A DNA stretch of 64,000 nt, taken from the NCBI GenBank assembly GCA_963809485.1, contig CAWEJX010000020.1, positions 1,088,001-1,152,000 of the forward strand, read 5' to 3'. This document shows, piece by piece, positions 47,777 through 56,124 of this stretch; the stretch's first letter is position 1, and the number at the start of each line of letters is the position of its first letter. This DNA comes from an uncultured Acidobacteriota bacterium (lineage in GTDB: Bacteria; Acidobacteriota; UBA6911). The notes beneath the pieces were generated by a model, which had not been told where the DNA came from, made no database searches, and worked only from the letters and a program-made list of their open reading frames with translations. Position numbers and translations under genes: made by a program.

Positions 47777-48748
47777 TTATTTTGCAGTGCTTATGTCCAG
47801 CTTTCCTTTCTCAAGTGCGACGCCATAAATAATGAATTCGAAGGGCTCGTTCGAGGTGTTTTCAAGAGAATGGATTTCACCCGCGCGTATCGGGACAGCA
47901 TCCCCGTTGATCAACTCAGCCGTCTCATCGTTGACGGTCATTTTCCCCTTGCCCTTTATGACCAGGCAGACCTCTTCTACGCCGGAATGGAAGTGCCTGC
48001 CCACAGAGGCCCCAGGGGGTAAGAGCAGGTGATCGACGAAGGCCCAGTTTGAAGCAAAAGCGGATGGGCCGATCGCCCTGCGGTACCAGACGGAATCCTT
48101 TCCTCCATTCATGTTGGCTATTTGCTGCATCGTATCTTGTGTCAGTTTTCCCGTATGTATGAAGCTGGGCTTCTCAAGGTTTGCACCGACCATGTCATCG
48201 TCAAGGTTAAAAAGAGCGATCGGATCGGCAGAAAAGTTATAGGTGCCCTTGGGTGCAAAACCTCCTGATCCGGCATTCAAACAGCGAACGTTAAAATTCA
48301 CCCATTCGACGGGCTTATCTGAAGAATTATAGACTGCGTGGGAGTTCCCCGACCTGCAGGGGACGCCCATCGGACCGGGAAGCAGGGATGTGTGGCCGTT
48401 GACAGTGAATTCACAGTCACCGTCCAGGATAAGAAACATCTCATCCGAATCGAGATGGAAGTGATGGCCGATCGAGCTTTTAGGCATAAGCGGGCCTTTG
48501 TGCATAAAATTCAATCCCGCAATGGCGTCTCTGCCCAAAAGTGTCTGCATATATAGGGTTCCGGCACCCTCGTGGACGCGCTTGCCGGCAAAAGCTTTGG
48601 AATGGTCTGTATGACCAATCCGCTGTGAAAGAGGGGCCTTGGATTTATCCTGTCCTGCCATGCTGCTTTTCTGATCATCCGATACCGAAAAATTCAACGT
48701 ACAGGACAACACGAGCAGCAGGGCGATTAGGATGAGTGTTGGTTTCAT
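47777..48748 (-). CDS. Exported bicupin protein
   Basis: Signal peptide; IGHHFHLDSDE...SH and VGRHFHSGVEE...IHS cupin motifs. Confidence 0.85.
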   Translation of the reverse strand: MKPTLILIALLLVLSCTLNFSVSDDQKSSMAGQDKSKAPLSQRIGHTDHSKAFAGKRVHEGAGTLYMQTLLGRDAIAGLNFMHKGPLMPKSSIGHHFHLDSDEMFLILDGDCEFTVNGHTSLLPGPMGVPCRSGNSHAVYNSSDKPVEWVNFNVRCLNAGSGGFAPKGTYNFSADPIALFNLDDDMVGANLEKPSFIHTGKLTQDTMQQIANMNGGKDSVWYRRAIGPSAFASNWAFVDHLLLPPGASVGRHFHSGVEEVCLVIKGKGKMTVNDETAELINGDAVPIRAGEIHSLENTSNEPFEFIIYGVALEKGKLDISTAK

Positions 48749-48913
48749 AATCTTCGCTCTTCCCGGTTTTTGTCTCATGCGGTTTGGTTCGTGGAGCTCT
48801 GATCTCAAAATCAATTATTTTTATTCTCAACACTATAATGTATTTTACAATGCATCCATAATCAGTAATGAAATCGCCATGTTTTGTATATTAATCACCA
48901 CGGGGATGGAATC

Positions 48914-50038
48914 ATGAAATCAAAAGAAAATCAGCTGGTTGTCGGCCGGCGCAATGCCCTCAAAATGCTCGGACTGAGTTCAGCTGCCATGTTGGCGGGA
49001 GGATTCAGTGATATCCCGGCTGCCGAGCCGCGTGACATGAAACCCAAACCAAAGCCGCTGATTACGGGCGGCAGAAGCAGCGTTGCCTTCACGACAGGCG
49101 CCGACCGCAGGCAAATGCTGTTTGAGGTCATTAAGCCATTCGAAAAGGAGATCCGTGCAGGTCTGAAAGGGAAGCAACTGATCATTAAACCCAATATGGT
49201 TGTGACCAATGTTGCTCTTTGCGCCACACACGTGGAAGCGTTGCGCAGTCTTCTTGAATACCTGAAGCCGATTTACAGGGGACAGATAGTCATCGCTGAA
49301 TCGAGTTCCCTGGCCAATTCCGCGGAGGGATTTAAAAATTACGGTTATCTGGGCCTCGAGAAAAACTACAACGTGAAGTTTGTTGACCTGAATACGGCCG
49401 GCGGCAAACCTTTTTATGTGCTGGACAGGAATCTGCATCTTGACAAAATTCAGATCGCCGATTCATTCGCAAATCCCGATAATTACATCATTTCCATTTC
49501 GAGGCTGAAAACCCACAACGCGGTCGTGATGACTGCCGGCGTCAAGAATTTGTGTATGGCTGCGCCTGTGAATCGGCCGGCGTCGGGCGGCAATAAGCCT
49601 CTGAACTATAAATGGAATATGCACTCCGGTGGGCCTCGCTTCATCCACTATAATCTTTATCTGATGGCGCAGTCTGTGCGTCCTGATTTCACGATTATTG
49701 ATGGAGTTGAGGGCATGGAGGGCGATGGTCCCATCGGCGGAACCCCTGTGGCTCACAAAATTGCCCTTGCCGGTCAGGACGTCGTGGCGGTCGACAGCAT
49801 GTGCTGCAGGCTTATGGGCATACCTCTCGAGAATGTCGGCTACCTGAATTACTGTGCTGCAGGAGGGCTGGGCAACATCGACCGCAACAAGATCGATATC
49901 ATAGGATCGGAAGATCCCGACAAGCACATAATAAACTACAAACTCAGTCCGAATATCGCCTATCAGCTCGAATGGAAAGATCCGCTGAAAATCCCGGGGC
50001 CGACGATGAAGCCGCCGGCTCCAAAGCAGGGTCTGTGA
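48914..50038 (+). CDS. Tat-exported DUF362 family protein
   Basis: GRRNALK leader; IIKPN, IAES, RLKTH, GVKN, DGVEGMEGDGP. Confidence 0.88.
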   Translation: MKSKENQLVVGRRNALKMLGLSSAAMLAGGFSDIPAAEPRDMKPKPKPLITGGRSSVAFTTGADRRQMLFEVIKPFEKEIRAGLKGKQLIIKPNMVVTNVALCATHVEALRSLLEYLKPIYRGQIVIAESSSLANSAEGFKNYGYLGLEKNYNVKFVDLNTAGGKPFYVLDRNLHLDKIQIADSFANPDNYIISISRLKTHNAVVMTAGVKNLCMAAPVNRPASGGNKPLNYKWNMHSGGPRFIHYNLYLMAQSVRPDFTIIDGVEGMEGDGPIGGTPVAHKIALAGQDVVAVDSMCCRLMGIPLENVGYLNYCAAGGLGNIDRNKIDIIGSEDPDKHIINYKLSPNIAYQLEWKDPLKIPGPTMKPPAPKQGL

Positions 50039-50129
50039 AAGCAGGTTGCTTTTCCCCGCAAAGGGCCTGATCGCAACCGAAAAAAGATAAAACCGGTTTC
50101 ACGCGCAACAAGCATCTTTAACGCTTTTT

Positions 50130-50210
50130 GAACCGCAGAATGTCGAATAAAGAATGACGAATTTCGACGCCTTTCTGCGGTTCGACATTCGAAATTCGAG
50201 GTTCATTATT
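50130..50210. repeat. Hairpin/heptamer-periodic intergenic repeat
   Basis: GAACCGCAGAA...TTCTGCGGTTC inverted repeat with GAATGTCGAATAAAGAATGACGAAT and TTCGACATTCGAAATTCG runs. Confidence 0.6.
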
Positions 50211-50360
50211 TCGCGGCGCTTATGTTCTTGGTTGCTGTCAGAACACCGGGGAAAAGGCATGCTCCGGTATTTGTCGAATTGATGCTGAATCACCGGGAGA
50301 GCCAGTGGGTCTCCAATGCATTGGGTGGCCTGTCCTGCCATTTTCTTTAAGTTCCGGAGG

Positions 50361-50388
50361 TTGAAAATAGCGACAGAGAAAGTATAAT
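50361..50388 (+). promoter_or_regulatory. sigma70 promoter of the tRNA
   Basis: TTGAAA-N16-TATAAT about 21 nt upstream of the tRNA. Confidence 0.65.
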
Positions 50389-50409
50389 GCCGTCTGCTAG
50401 TTAGACCGC

Positions 50410-50499
50410 GGAGGAATGGCCGAGTGGTTGAAGGCGGCGGTCTTGAAAACCGTTAGGGGGGTAACCCCCTCGTGGGTTCGAATCCTACTTCCTCCGCCA
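50410..50499 (+). tRNA. tRNA-Ser (anticodon UGA)
   Basis: GGAGGAA/TTCCTCC acceptor stem, GCGGT-CTTGAAA-ACCGT anticodon arm, long variable arm, GGTTCGAATCC T-arm, G73 and encoded CCA. Confidence 0.97.
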
Positions 50500-50554
50500 A
50501 GCTTAAATTTTCCTGCCGTCTCATTAACTCCTGCAGGCTGATCTTCACCCACAT

Positions 50555-50657
50555 TGTCAGCGCTCATCGGAGCCTTTCCGGCGAAAGTCAGCGTTGCCTG
50601 ATCCTGAAGCCGTCAAACTCCGTAACTCCGCCTGCAGAGCTTGGGGGACATACCTAT
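50555..50657 (-). mobile_element. Highly degenerate half copy of the IS200-like MITE
   Basis: TGTCAGCGCT...GTCAGCGTT...GCCGTCAAACTCC...GCAGAGCTTGGGGG..TACCTAT; same orientation as the other copies. Confidence 0.5.
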
Positions 50658-50710
50658 TGCACAAATATCGAGATCGGCCCAGGGAGCAGATGGAAACGGC
50701 AACCGGACCA

Positions 50711-51121
50711 TCACGCAACTTTTTTCAGATCTTTTCCGCAATGGCACTTCCCGGGCTTGTCCGAAATAGTCCCGCAATTGCAGGTAGCCCCGCAGTCGCA
50801 TACATACTTCTCCTTGAGACTGACCATCTTCACCGGCTTGCCGCAACCGCACTTGCTCGGGTCCTCTTTGCTCCGCTCACAAACGCAGTCCTTGCCGCAC
50901 CGGCAAAAAACCCCATTGCCCTTTTCGATGGCCAGCACATGCATCGCGGCCAGCTCCGCGCCGCAGCTACACTTTCCAGGATGGTCCGACACGTAGTTGC
51001 ACTTGCAGTCATCCTTGCAGTTGCAGACATAGTAAAGCTTGCCATTGTCTGCCGTGACGACCATCCCGGCGGCCGCAACGATAAACAGCGCAGCCACCGC
51101 CGCTACAAACAGCTTTTTCAT
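50711..51121 (-). CDS. Exported cysteine-rich putative metal-binding protein (three repeats, nine CxC pairs)
   Basis: MKKLF signal peptide; 3x CxC..CxC....P[GS]KCxCG; AGGGAGG RBS. Confidence 0.85.
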   Translation of the reverse strand: MKKLFVAAVAALFIVAAAGMVVTADNGKLYYVCNCKDDCKCNYVSDHPGKCSCGAELAAMHVLAIEKGNGVFCRCGKDCVCERSKEDPSKCGCGKPVKMVSLKEKYVCDCGATCNCGTISDKPGKCHCGKDLKKVA

Positions 51122-51283
51122 ACACAATCCTCCCTTTAATAAATTCCATACCTGAACATATAGCATGCCCCGAGTAAATTTGCAGGAGCTGGCGCCAGGG
51201 GTTGCCCTCAAGCCTTCGCCGGTTGGGGCCCGTTTTCTAAGACTACCCTAATATGGCCCGAAAATAATTCTGCTCCAAAGCGT

Positions 51284-51311
51284 CAAAAGCCCATCTCTCG
51301 ATGGGCTTTTG
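51284..51311. terminator. Bidirectional intrinsic terminator
   Basis: CAAAAGCCCATC-TCTC-GATGGGCTTTTG perfect stem downstream of the ferritin-like gene. Confidence 0.8.
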
Positions 51312-51339
51312 CCTTTCGCCTACTTTTTGCGAGTCAGGC

Positions 51340-51762
51340 CTACTTCATGCCTTCGAGCAGTCCCTGAAAGAAATCATGGTGATCTTCTTCGTCCTGGAGG
51401 ATCTTCTTGAAGATCTGCGCGGTCGTGATGTCGCCTTCCGCCTCCGCCACTGCAATGGTCTTCTTGTACAGTTTTACGGCATCCTCTTCGTCGGCCATGT
51501 CCTTGGTCATCATCTCTTTCAGCGTTTTGCCGACAAAGATGGGGTCAGGCTTGGTCGTCGGGACTCCGCCCAGGTAGAACAACCTTTCAGCGATTGCTTC
51601 CGCATGCTTCATTTCGGCGACAGCAATTTTTTTCAGCTCATCCTTAATCGAATAGTGGGCTACGCCAGCCCACTGCACATGCTGCCACATGTATTGCACC
51701 GATACCTGAATTTCTCTTGCGATACCTTTGTTCAGCAGTTCCAGCAGTTCCTTGCTCGCCAT
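51340..51762 (-). CDS. Ferritin-like (bacterioferritin/Dps-like) di-iron protein
   Basis: ARE...QY, EMKHAE, ERL..LGG.P, DEEDA, DEEDH ferroxidase pattern. Confidence 0.9.
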   Translation of the reverse strand: MASKELLELLNKGIAREIQVSVQYMWQHVQWAGVAHYSIKDELKKIAVAEMKHAEAIAERLFYLGGVPTTKPDPIFVGKTLKEMMTKDMADEEDAVKLYKKTIAVAEAEGDITTAQIFKKILQDEEDHHDFFQGLLEGMK

Positions 51763-52034
51763 AGATGATTTCCTTTTCTCGGTTGATCTATTGTAGAAAA
51801 ATTCGCCTCGCAAAACCAAAGCTTCACCATTGCAAATCCGCGCGGGCCTCTGTATCCGGCCTCATGCGGGATTCTGATTATGAATTTTAATATATAGCGA
51901 TTCGGCAAACAATGTGCTTTGCAATTATCCGTGTTTGAGCCGGAACAGGAATGCATATGGAAATTGCATCCGCCTGCCCCAATTTGGAGTATGATAGGGG
52001 GCCGTCAAGCTCTTTCTTTGAAAGGAAGCATCCT

Positions 52035-52244
52035 ATGTCCGATGAAAAGAAGCCGGGTGTCCCCGGGGCCAAATCCTGGGACGCCACTCAATGGCACGAA
52101 GTGGTGAAGGGAGACACGCTTTCAAAAATCGCCGAAAAGTATTACGGCGATCCGGCCCTGTATCCACAGATCTTTGAGGCAAACAAAGATATCCTTACCG
52201 ACCCCGACAAGATCAAGATCGGCCAGAAACTCCGGATCCCCTAA
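52035..52244 (+). CDS. Stand-alone LysM domain protein
   Basis: VVKGDTLSKIAEKYYGD...IFEAN...PDKIKIGQKLRIP; AAGGAAG RBS. Confidence 0.9.
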   Translation: MSDEKKPGVPGAKSWDATQWHEVVKGDTLSKIAEKYYGDPALYPQIFEANKDILTDPDKIKIGQKLRIP

Positions 52245-52328
52245 CAGCGCTCTGACAGCGGCGGCAGGACCGGCCGAACACGGAACCATTACTGTTTTTT
52301 AAATTCATTTTTGGGAAAAGGAGATGTT

Positions 52329-52922
52329 ATGTCGAAACGTTTGATTCTTGCAGTCCTCGCAATCGCCTGTTGCTTCGCCCTTGCGGCGTGCAATACGGCA
52401 AAGGCTCCTGCCGAGGCCGCTATCAAGGCCGCGGATGAAGCTCTTGCAGGCGTCAAGGCGGACGCTTCTCAGTACGTGCCCGATCAACTCAAGGGTGTCG
52501 AGGATGCCCTCGCGGCCGCGAAGGACAACTTCCAAAAGGGCGAATATCAAAAGGCTCTCGACGGGGCCAAGGACCTTGCCGCCCAGGCCAAGGATCTCAC
52601 CGCGGCCGTAACCGCCAAGAAGGATGAATTTTCGAGATCCTGGCAGGATATGAGCGGCGGCCTCCCGGGAATGGTTGAGGCTATCCAGAAAAGAGTCGAT
52701 ATTCTTTCCAAGTCGAGAAGGCTGCCCGCGGGCCTCGACAAGGATAAATTCGAAGCCGCCAAAACTTCACTGGCAGCCATCACCCAGACCTGGACGGAGG
52801 CGTCCAATGCATTCCAGGGCGGCAACCTGGTGGATGCTGTCGGCAAAGCCAAGGTTGTCAAGGATAAGGCTGTGGAGATCATGGGTATGCTCGGGATGCA
52901 GGTTCCCGCGGCGGCCCAGTAA
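52329..52922 (+). CDS. Alanine-rich helical lipoprotein
   Basis: Lipobox LAAC; coiled-coil composition; AAGGAG RBS. Confidence 0.85.
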   Translation: MSKRLILAVLAIACCFALAACNTAKAPAEAAIKAADEALAGVKADASQYVPDQLKGVEDALAAAKDNFQKGEYQKALDGAKDLAAQAKDLTAAVTAKKDEFSRSWQDMSGGLPGMVEAIQKRVDILSKSRRLPAGLDKDKFEAAKTSLAAITQTWTEASNAFQGGNLVDAVGKAKVVKDKAVEIMGMLGMQVPAAAQ

Positions 52923-53003
52923 TCGTTTTCAGACCATCCGGAGCGTCTTGCCGGAATTTTACAGGTGAATTCATCCTAAGGAATCGAATTTCGAGGAGGA
53001 ATC

Positions 53004-53264
53004 ATGCTGAATCTGATCTGGACCATTATCATAGGCTTTATTGTCGGACTAGTGGCCAAATTCCTCATGCCCGGAAAAGATCCGGGTGGTTTCATCATCA
53101 CCACTGTGCTGGGCATAGTCGGCGCGCTCCTGGCAACGTTCCTCGGCCGGCTGATTGGGTGGTACCAGCCCGGCCAGTCCGCGGGTTTTATCGCGGCCAT
53201 TCTGGGAGCCTTAATCCTGCTGGTAATTTACCGGTTCATCAAGAAAAAGCAAACTTCCGCCTAG
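53004..53264 (+). CDS. GlsB/YeaQ/YmgE (transglycosylase-associated) membrane protein
   Basis: IIIGFIVGLVAKFLMPG...LGIVGA...AILGALILL. Confidence 0.92.
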   Translation: MLNLIWTIIIGFIVGLVAKFLMPGKDPGGFIITTVLGIVGALLATFLGRLIGWYQPGQSAGFIAAILGALILLVIYRFIKKKQTSA

Positions 53265-53316
53265 CGCAAACAGCAGGGAGACCTGCTCGCTTTTGAATTC
53301 CAGAGATTTCGGGAGA

Positions 53317-53340
53317 AGGGGCAGCCCGGGGGCTGCCCCT
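53317..53340. terminator. Hairpin between convergent genes
   Basis: AGGGGCAGCC-CGGG-GGCTGCCCCT. Confidence 0.5.
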
Positions 53341-53352
53341 GATTTATCCAGA

Positions 53353-53904
53353 TTATTTTTGGAAAAGACGCGCGGCGATCCCCAACAGGTCGTCGGCAAC
53401 CGATCCATCCCGATTGGAGTCCAAAAATTGTCCCAGCAGGTCCGACAGCCCGCCGCCGGGCATGCCGGCCGGGGCGGCACTCCGGGCGTTTGCCGTCTGG
53501 CGGCTGAGCGTGCCCATGGCCAGCGCGGCTACCATCGGAAGCATCTTTTTCACTACATCCACGCCGATTCCTGTTTTCTCCGACGTCTGCAGAGCCACCT
53601 GGCGGCTGACATCTTTACTTCCCAGTATGTGGCTCAGGATACCGTTGCCGTCCAGGACCGTCTCTTCCCGGCCCATGAGCGAGGGGTCTTCCAGATAGCG
53701 CTGATGCTCGCCTCCAGTCAGCGCGCCCAGCAGGCTTTCCAGGCCGCCTTGCGACGATGCATTGCGAGCAAGCGCCTGGCCCAGAACCGGCAGAAGGCTT
53801 GACAGCGCTGAGGCCGCCTGGTTCTGATTAAGCCCGAAATTGTTTGCCAGCTGTTGAACTGCCTGTCCTCCCCCCTGGTTCAAAAGCATACCCAATAAAT
53901 CCAT
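53353..53904 (-). CDS. DUF937 family protein
   Basis: LANNFGL, LLPVL, DGNGILSHILG, LDSNRDGSVADD. Confidence 0.85.
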   Translation of the reverse strand: MDLLGMLLNQGGGQAVQQLANNFGLNQNQAASALSSLLPVLGQALARNASSQGGLESLLGALTGGEHQRYLEDPSLMGREETVLDGNGILSHILGSKDVSRQVALQTSEKTGIGVDVVKKMLPMVAALAMGTLSRQTANARSAAPAGMPGGGLSDLLGQFLDSNRDGSVADDLLGIAARLFQK

Positions 53905-53953
53905 GACGCACTCCTTTCAGGAAAATGCATGATTGCCGCCCACTATTCTCGAT

Positions 53954-54511
53954 TCATGCGCGCGCAGGCCGCCGACGGAATCTGCGGACGCACCACCAGA
54001 TGAAGCCCAGAATCCCCAGCACCAAAATCGCCGCCAGAATGGGCACAACAACGGCAACAAAGGCCGTCACCCCGGAAATCACATCCTCGATAACGCTGAC
54101 AACAGGATTGCCCATTCCGGCCGTGGAAGCCGTGATCGCCGGACGGGCGGTAGCCTTTGCAGCGTGCACGCCGCCTGCAACAACAAGTCCGCAGATCATG
54201 GCGGTTACGGGGCTCATCTGGCTGATCACATTGCCGCTGGACGCGAAAAGAATCGCCCCCGCGGCAGGCCGTACGAACGTCTGGATGATATCGTTGACTG
54301 TGTCGACCACAGGGATTTTATCCACCATTGTCTCGATAAACAGCAAGGCTCCCAGCACCCCAAGCACCCACGGATTTTCCAGGGTGTTCCAGGGAGCCTT
54401 CAGCGTGACCCAGTCGGTAAACCGCGACAACAGGCCGACGATCAGCAGCGGCAGATAAGCGTTGAGACCTGTGGCGGCCGAAAGCCCAAATGCAGACAAG
54501 ACCTCGATCAT
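53954..54511 (-). CDS. DUF4126 family membrane protein
   Basis: GLSAATGLNAYLPLL, DKIPVVD, VRPAAGA, NPVVSVIED. Confidence 0.9.
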   Translation of the reverse strand: MIEVLSAFGLSAATGLNAYLPLLIVGLLSRFTDWVTLKAPWNTLENPWVLGVLGALLFIETMVDKIPVVDTVNDIIQTFVRPAAGAILFASSGNVISQMSPVTAMICGLVVAGGVHAAKATARPAITASTAGMGNPVVSVIEDVISGVTAFVAVVVPILAAILVLGILGFIWWCVRRFRRRPARA

Positions 54512-54649
54512 CCCCGTCCTCCTGTGGGAAACGGCAGTCTCAGACTTCCAATATTACATCTTTCCTGGCGCCATTTCCGGTTTTGGGCAATAAGGATTCA
54601 TTTTCTTTCGCATGGTTTCAAAATAATCAGCCGGGCATAATCCTTCGGA

Positions 54650-55528
54650 TCAGAGAGTTGTGGGTGTATTTGCCCGCGAAAACGGCGAAAGCGCAAAAAA
54701 GCCGGCGGCCATCGCCTTGCCAATATTCGCCATCAGATCGCGGTAGCCATTCACAACAAAAATATTGGGCTCCAGCACCCAAAGCTGAGCCGCAATCCGC
54801 CTGGGCCCGGCGCTGCCAAGACCGCGCCTCAGGGATTCCTCTTTCAGCATCGGCAAAACCTTGTCCGAGAGACGCAATGCCGTATCGACCACAAACATGG
54901 AAACATCTGGCCGCAGCAGGCCCAGCCGATCAAAGAAGCCCTTCATTTCGCCTGCGGTCAGATTCCTCGGGGGCGAGGACTTCAGCTCGATATAAACCAA
55001 CTTCCCTTCCGCCGCGGCGACCAAATCCAGATCGCCTCCCACTCCTCCAACATGGAGCTTTACCCCGGTCGCCACATCGAACCCGAACCTTCGTTCGAGT
55101 TCCCGCGCCACGTACCACTCCAGAGTCCCGCCGAAATTCCGGGCTGCCCATATTAGCCGGTACCGGCCCCGGGAAACCTTCTCCGCCAGCCCGAGATCGA
55201 CCAGGGCGTCCGCATAGATGCCGGACTGGTCACGCGTGAGGTACCGTGTTGTTTCCTGGGGAAGAAAGCCCTGCCGCTTCCGGATCGCTCCGCGGAGAAA
55301 AAGCCGGAATGCATAGTGGCCCAGCCAGCCCGACAGCAGGTCCGCCAGCCGCTCGTCCGGTGTTTGCGGGAAAGGCACATCGCCGGCCGTTTTCACCGGC
55401 ATCAATCCCCTGCGGATGAGCATGGCCATGGCTTCGCCGGAATGGGCGGGCGCCGCGGGGGTTTTCACAGCGGGACCGGCGGTTGCCGCCTTGAGTTCCA
55501 GATCATGGGCGCTGAGCTTTTTTTTCAT
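54650..55528 (-). CDS. Hypothetical protein with a C-terminal PD-(D/E)xK nuclease-like motif
   Basis: FGGTLEWYVA...GGDLDLV...YIELKS (E...D-x-ExK pattern); possible winged helix upstream. Confidence 0.7.
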   Translation of the reverse strand: MKKKLSAHDLELKAATAGPAVKTPAAPAHSGEAMAMLIRRGLMPVKTAGDVPFPQTPDERLADLLSGWLGHYAFRLFLRGAIRKRQGFLPQETTRYLTRDQSGIYADALVDLGLAEKVSRGRYRLIWAARNFGGTLEWYVARELERRFGFDVATGVKLHVGGVGGDLDLVAAAEGKLVYIELKSSPPRNLTAGEMKGFFDRLGLLRPDVSMFVVDTALRLSDKVLPMLKEESLRRGLGSAGPRRIAAQLWVLEPNIFVVNGYRDLMANIGKAMAAGFFALSPFSRANTPTTL

Positions 55529-55647
55529 CCCATCCCACCGTTTAGGTATTATACCCATGATCGCCTGGAATCTTCGAGTCCCTCGAATGGCTGACTCCGG
55601 GACCGGAGGTCCGAAGAAATGATATGATCATCCGGGAGGCAGAACTG

Positions 55648-56118
55648 ATGACAATGATTTTTCCCCGTATCCTCCTGAGGATCCTTCCCCTGATTCTCCT
55701 GGCCGCAGCCTCCCTGGGCGCGGCCGACAAAAAGGGCGAGGAACTGGTGCGAGAGCTGGAGAATATGCTGATCGCGCCCTGCTGCTGGTCGCAACCGATC
55801 TCGCAGCATTATTCCGAAGTATCCGAAAAGATGCGCAAGGAAGTGCGGGAGATGGTGGCGGCCGGAAAGAGCCGTGACGAAATCCTGGATTATTACGTGT
55901 CGGAATATGGCGAAAGGATCCTGGCCACTCCCCGCCCCAGGGGATTCAATGCGCTGGCCTATGTGTTGCCCTGGGCAGCCCTGATTCTGGGAGGATGGCT
56001 GCTATTCGTCCTGCTCCGCAAACTGCGGGCTCCCGCCCCGACTGCAATTGCAGCGCCGCCGCTGGATGCACGATACGCGTCAATCGTCGAAAAAGAGATC
56101 AAAGACCTGGACGAATAA
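55648..56118 (+). CDS. Cytochrome c maturation CcmH/NrfF-like protein
   Basis: Signal peptide; LIAPCC..Q.I; GKSRDEILDYYVSEYGERILATP; C-terminal TM. Confidence 0.85.
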   Translation: MTMIFPRILLRILPLILLAAASLGAADKKGEELVRELENMLIAPCCWSQPISQHYSEVSEKMRKEVREMVAAGKSRDEILDYYVSEYGERILATPRPRGFNALAYVLPWAALILGGWLLFVLLRKLRAPAPTAIAAPPLDARYASIVEKEIKDLDE

Positions 56119-56124
56119 ATCTCT

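Noticed and set aside
50410-50499. Selenocysteine or suppressor tRNA, or an integration site
   Set aside because: Anticodon is UGA (reads Ser UCA), not UCA; normal 7-bp acceptor stem; no integrase and no duplicated tRNA 3' end seen.
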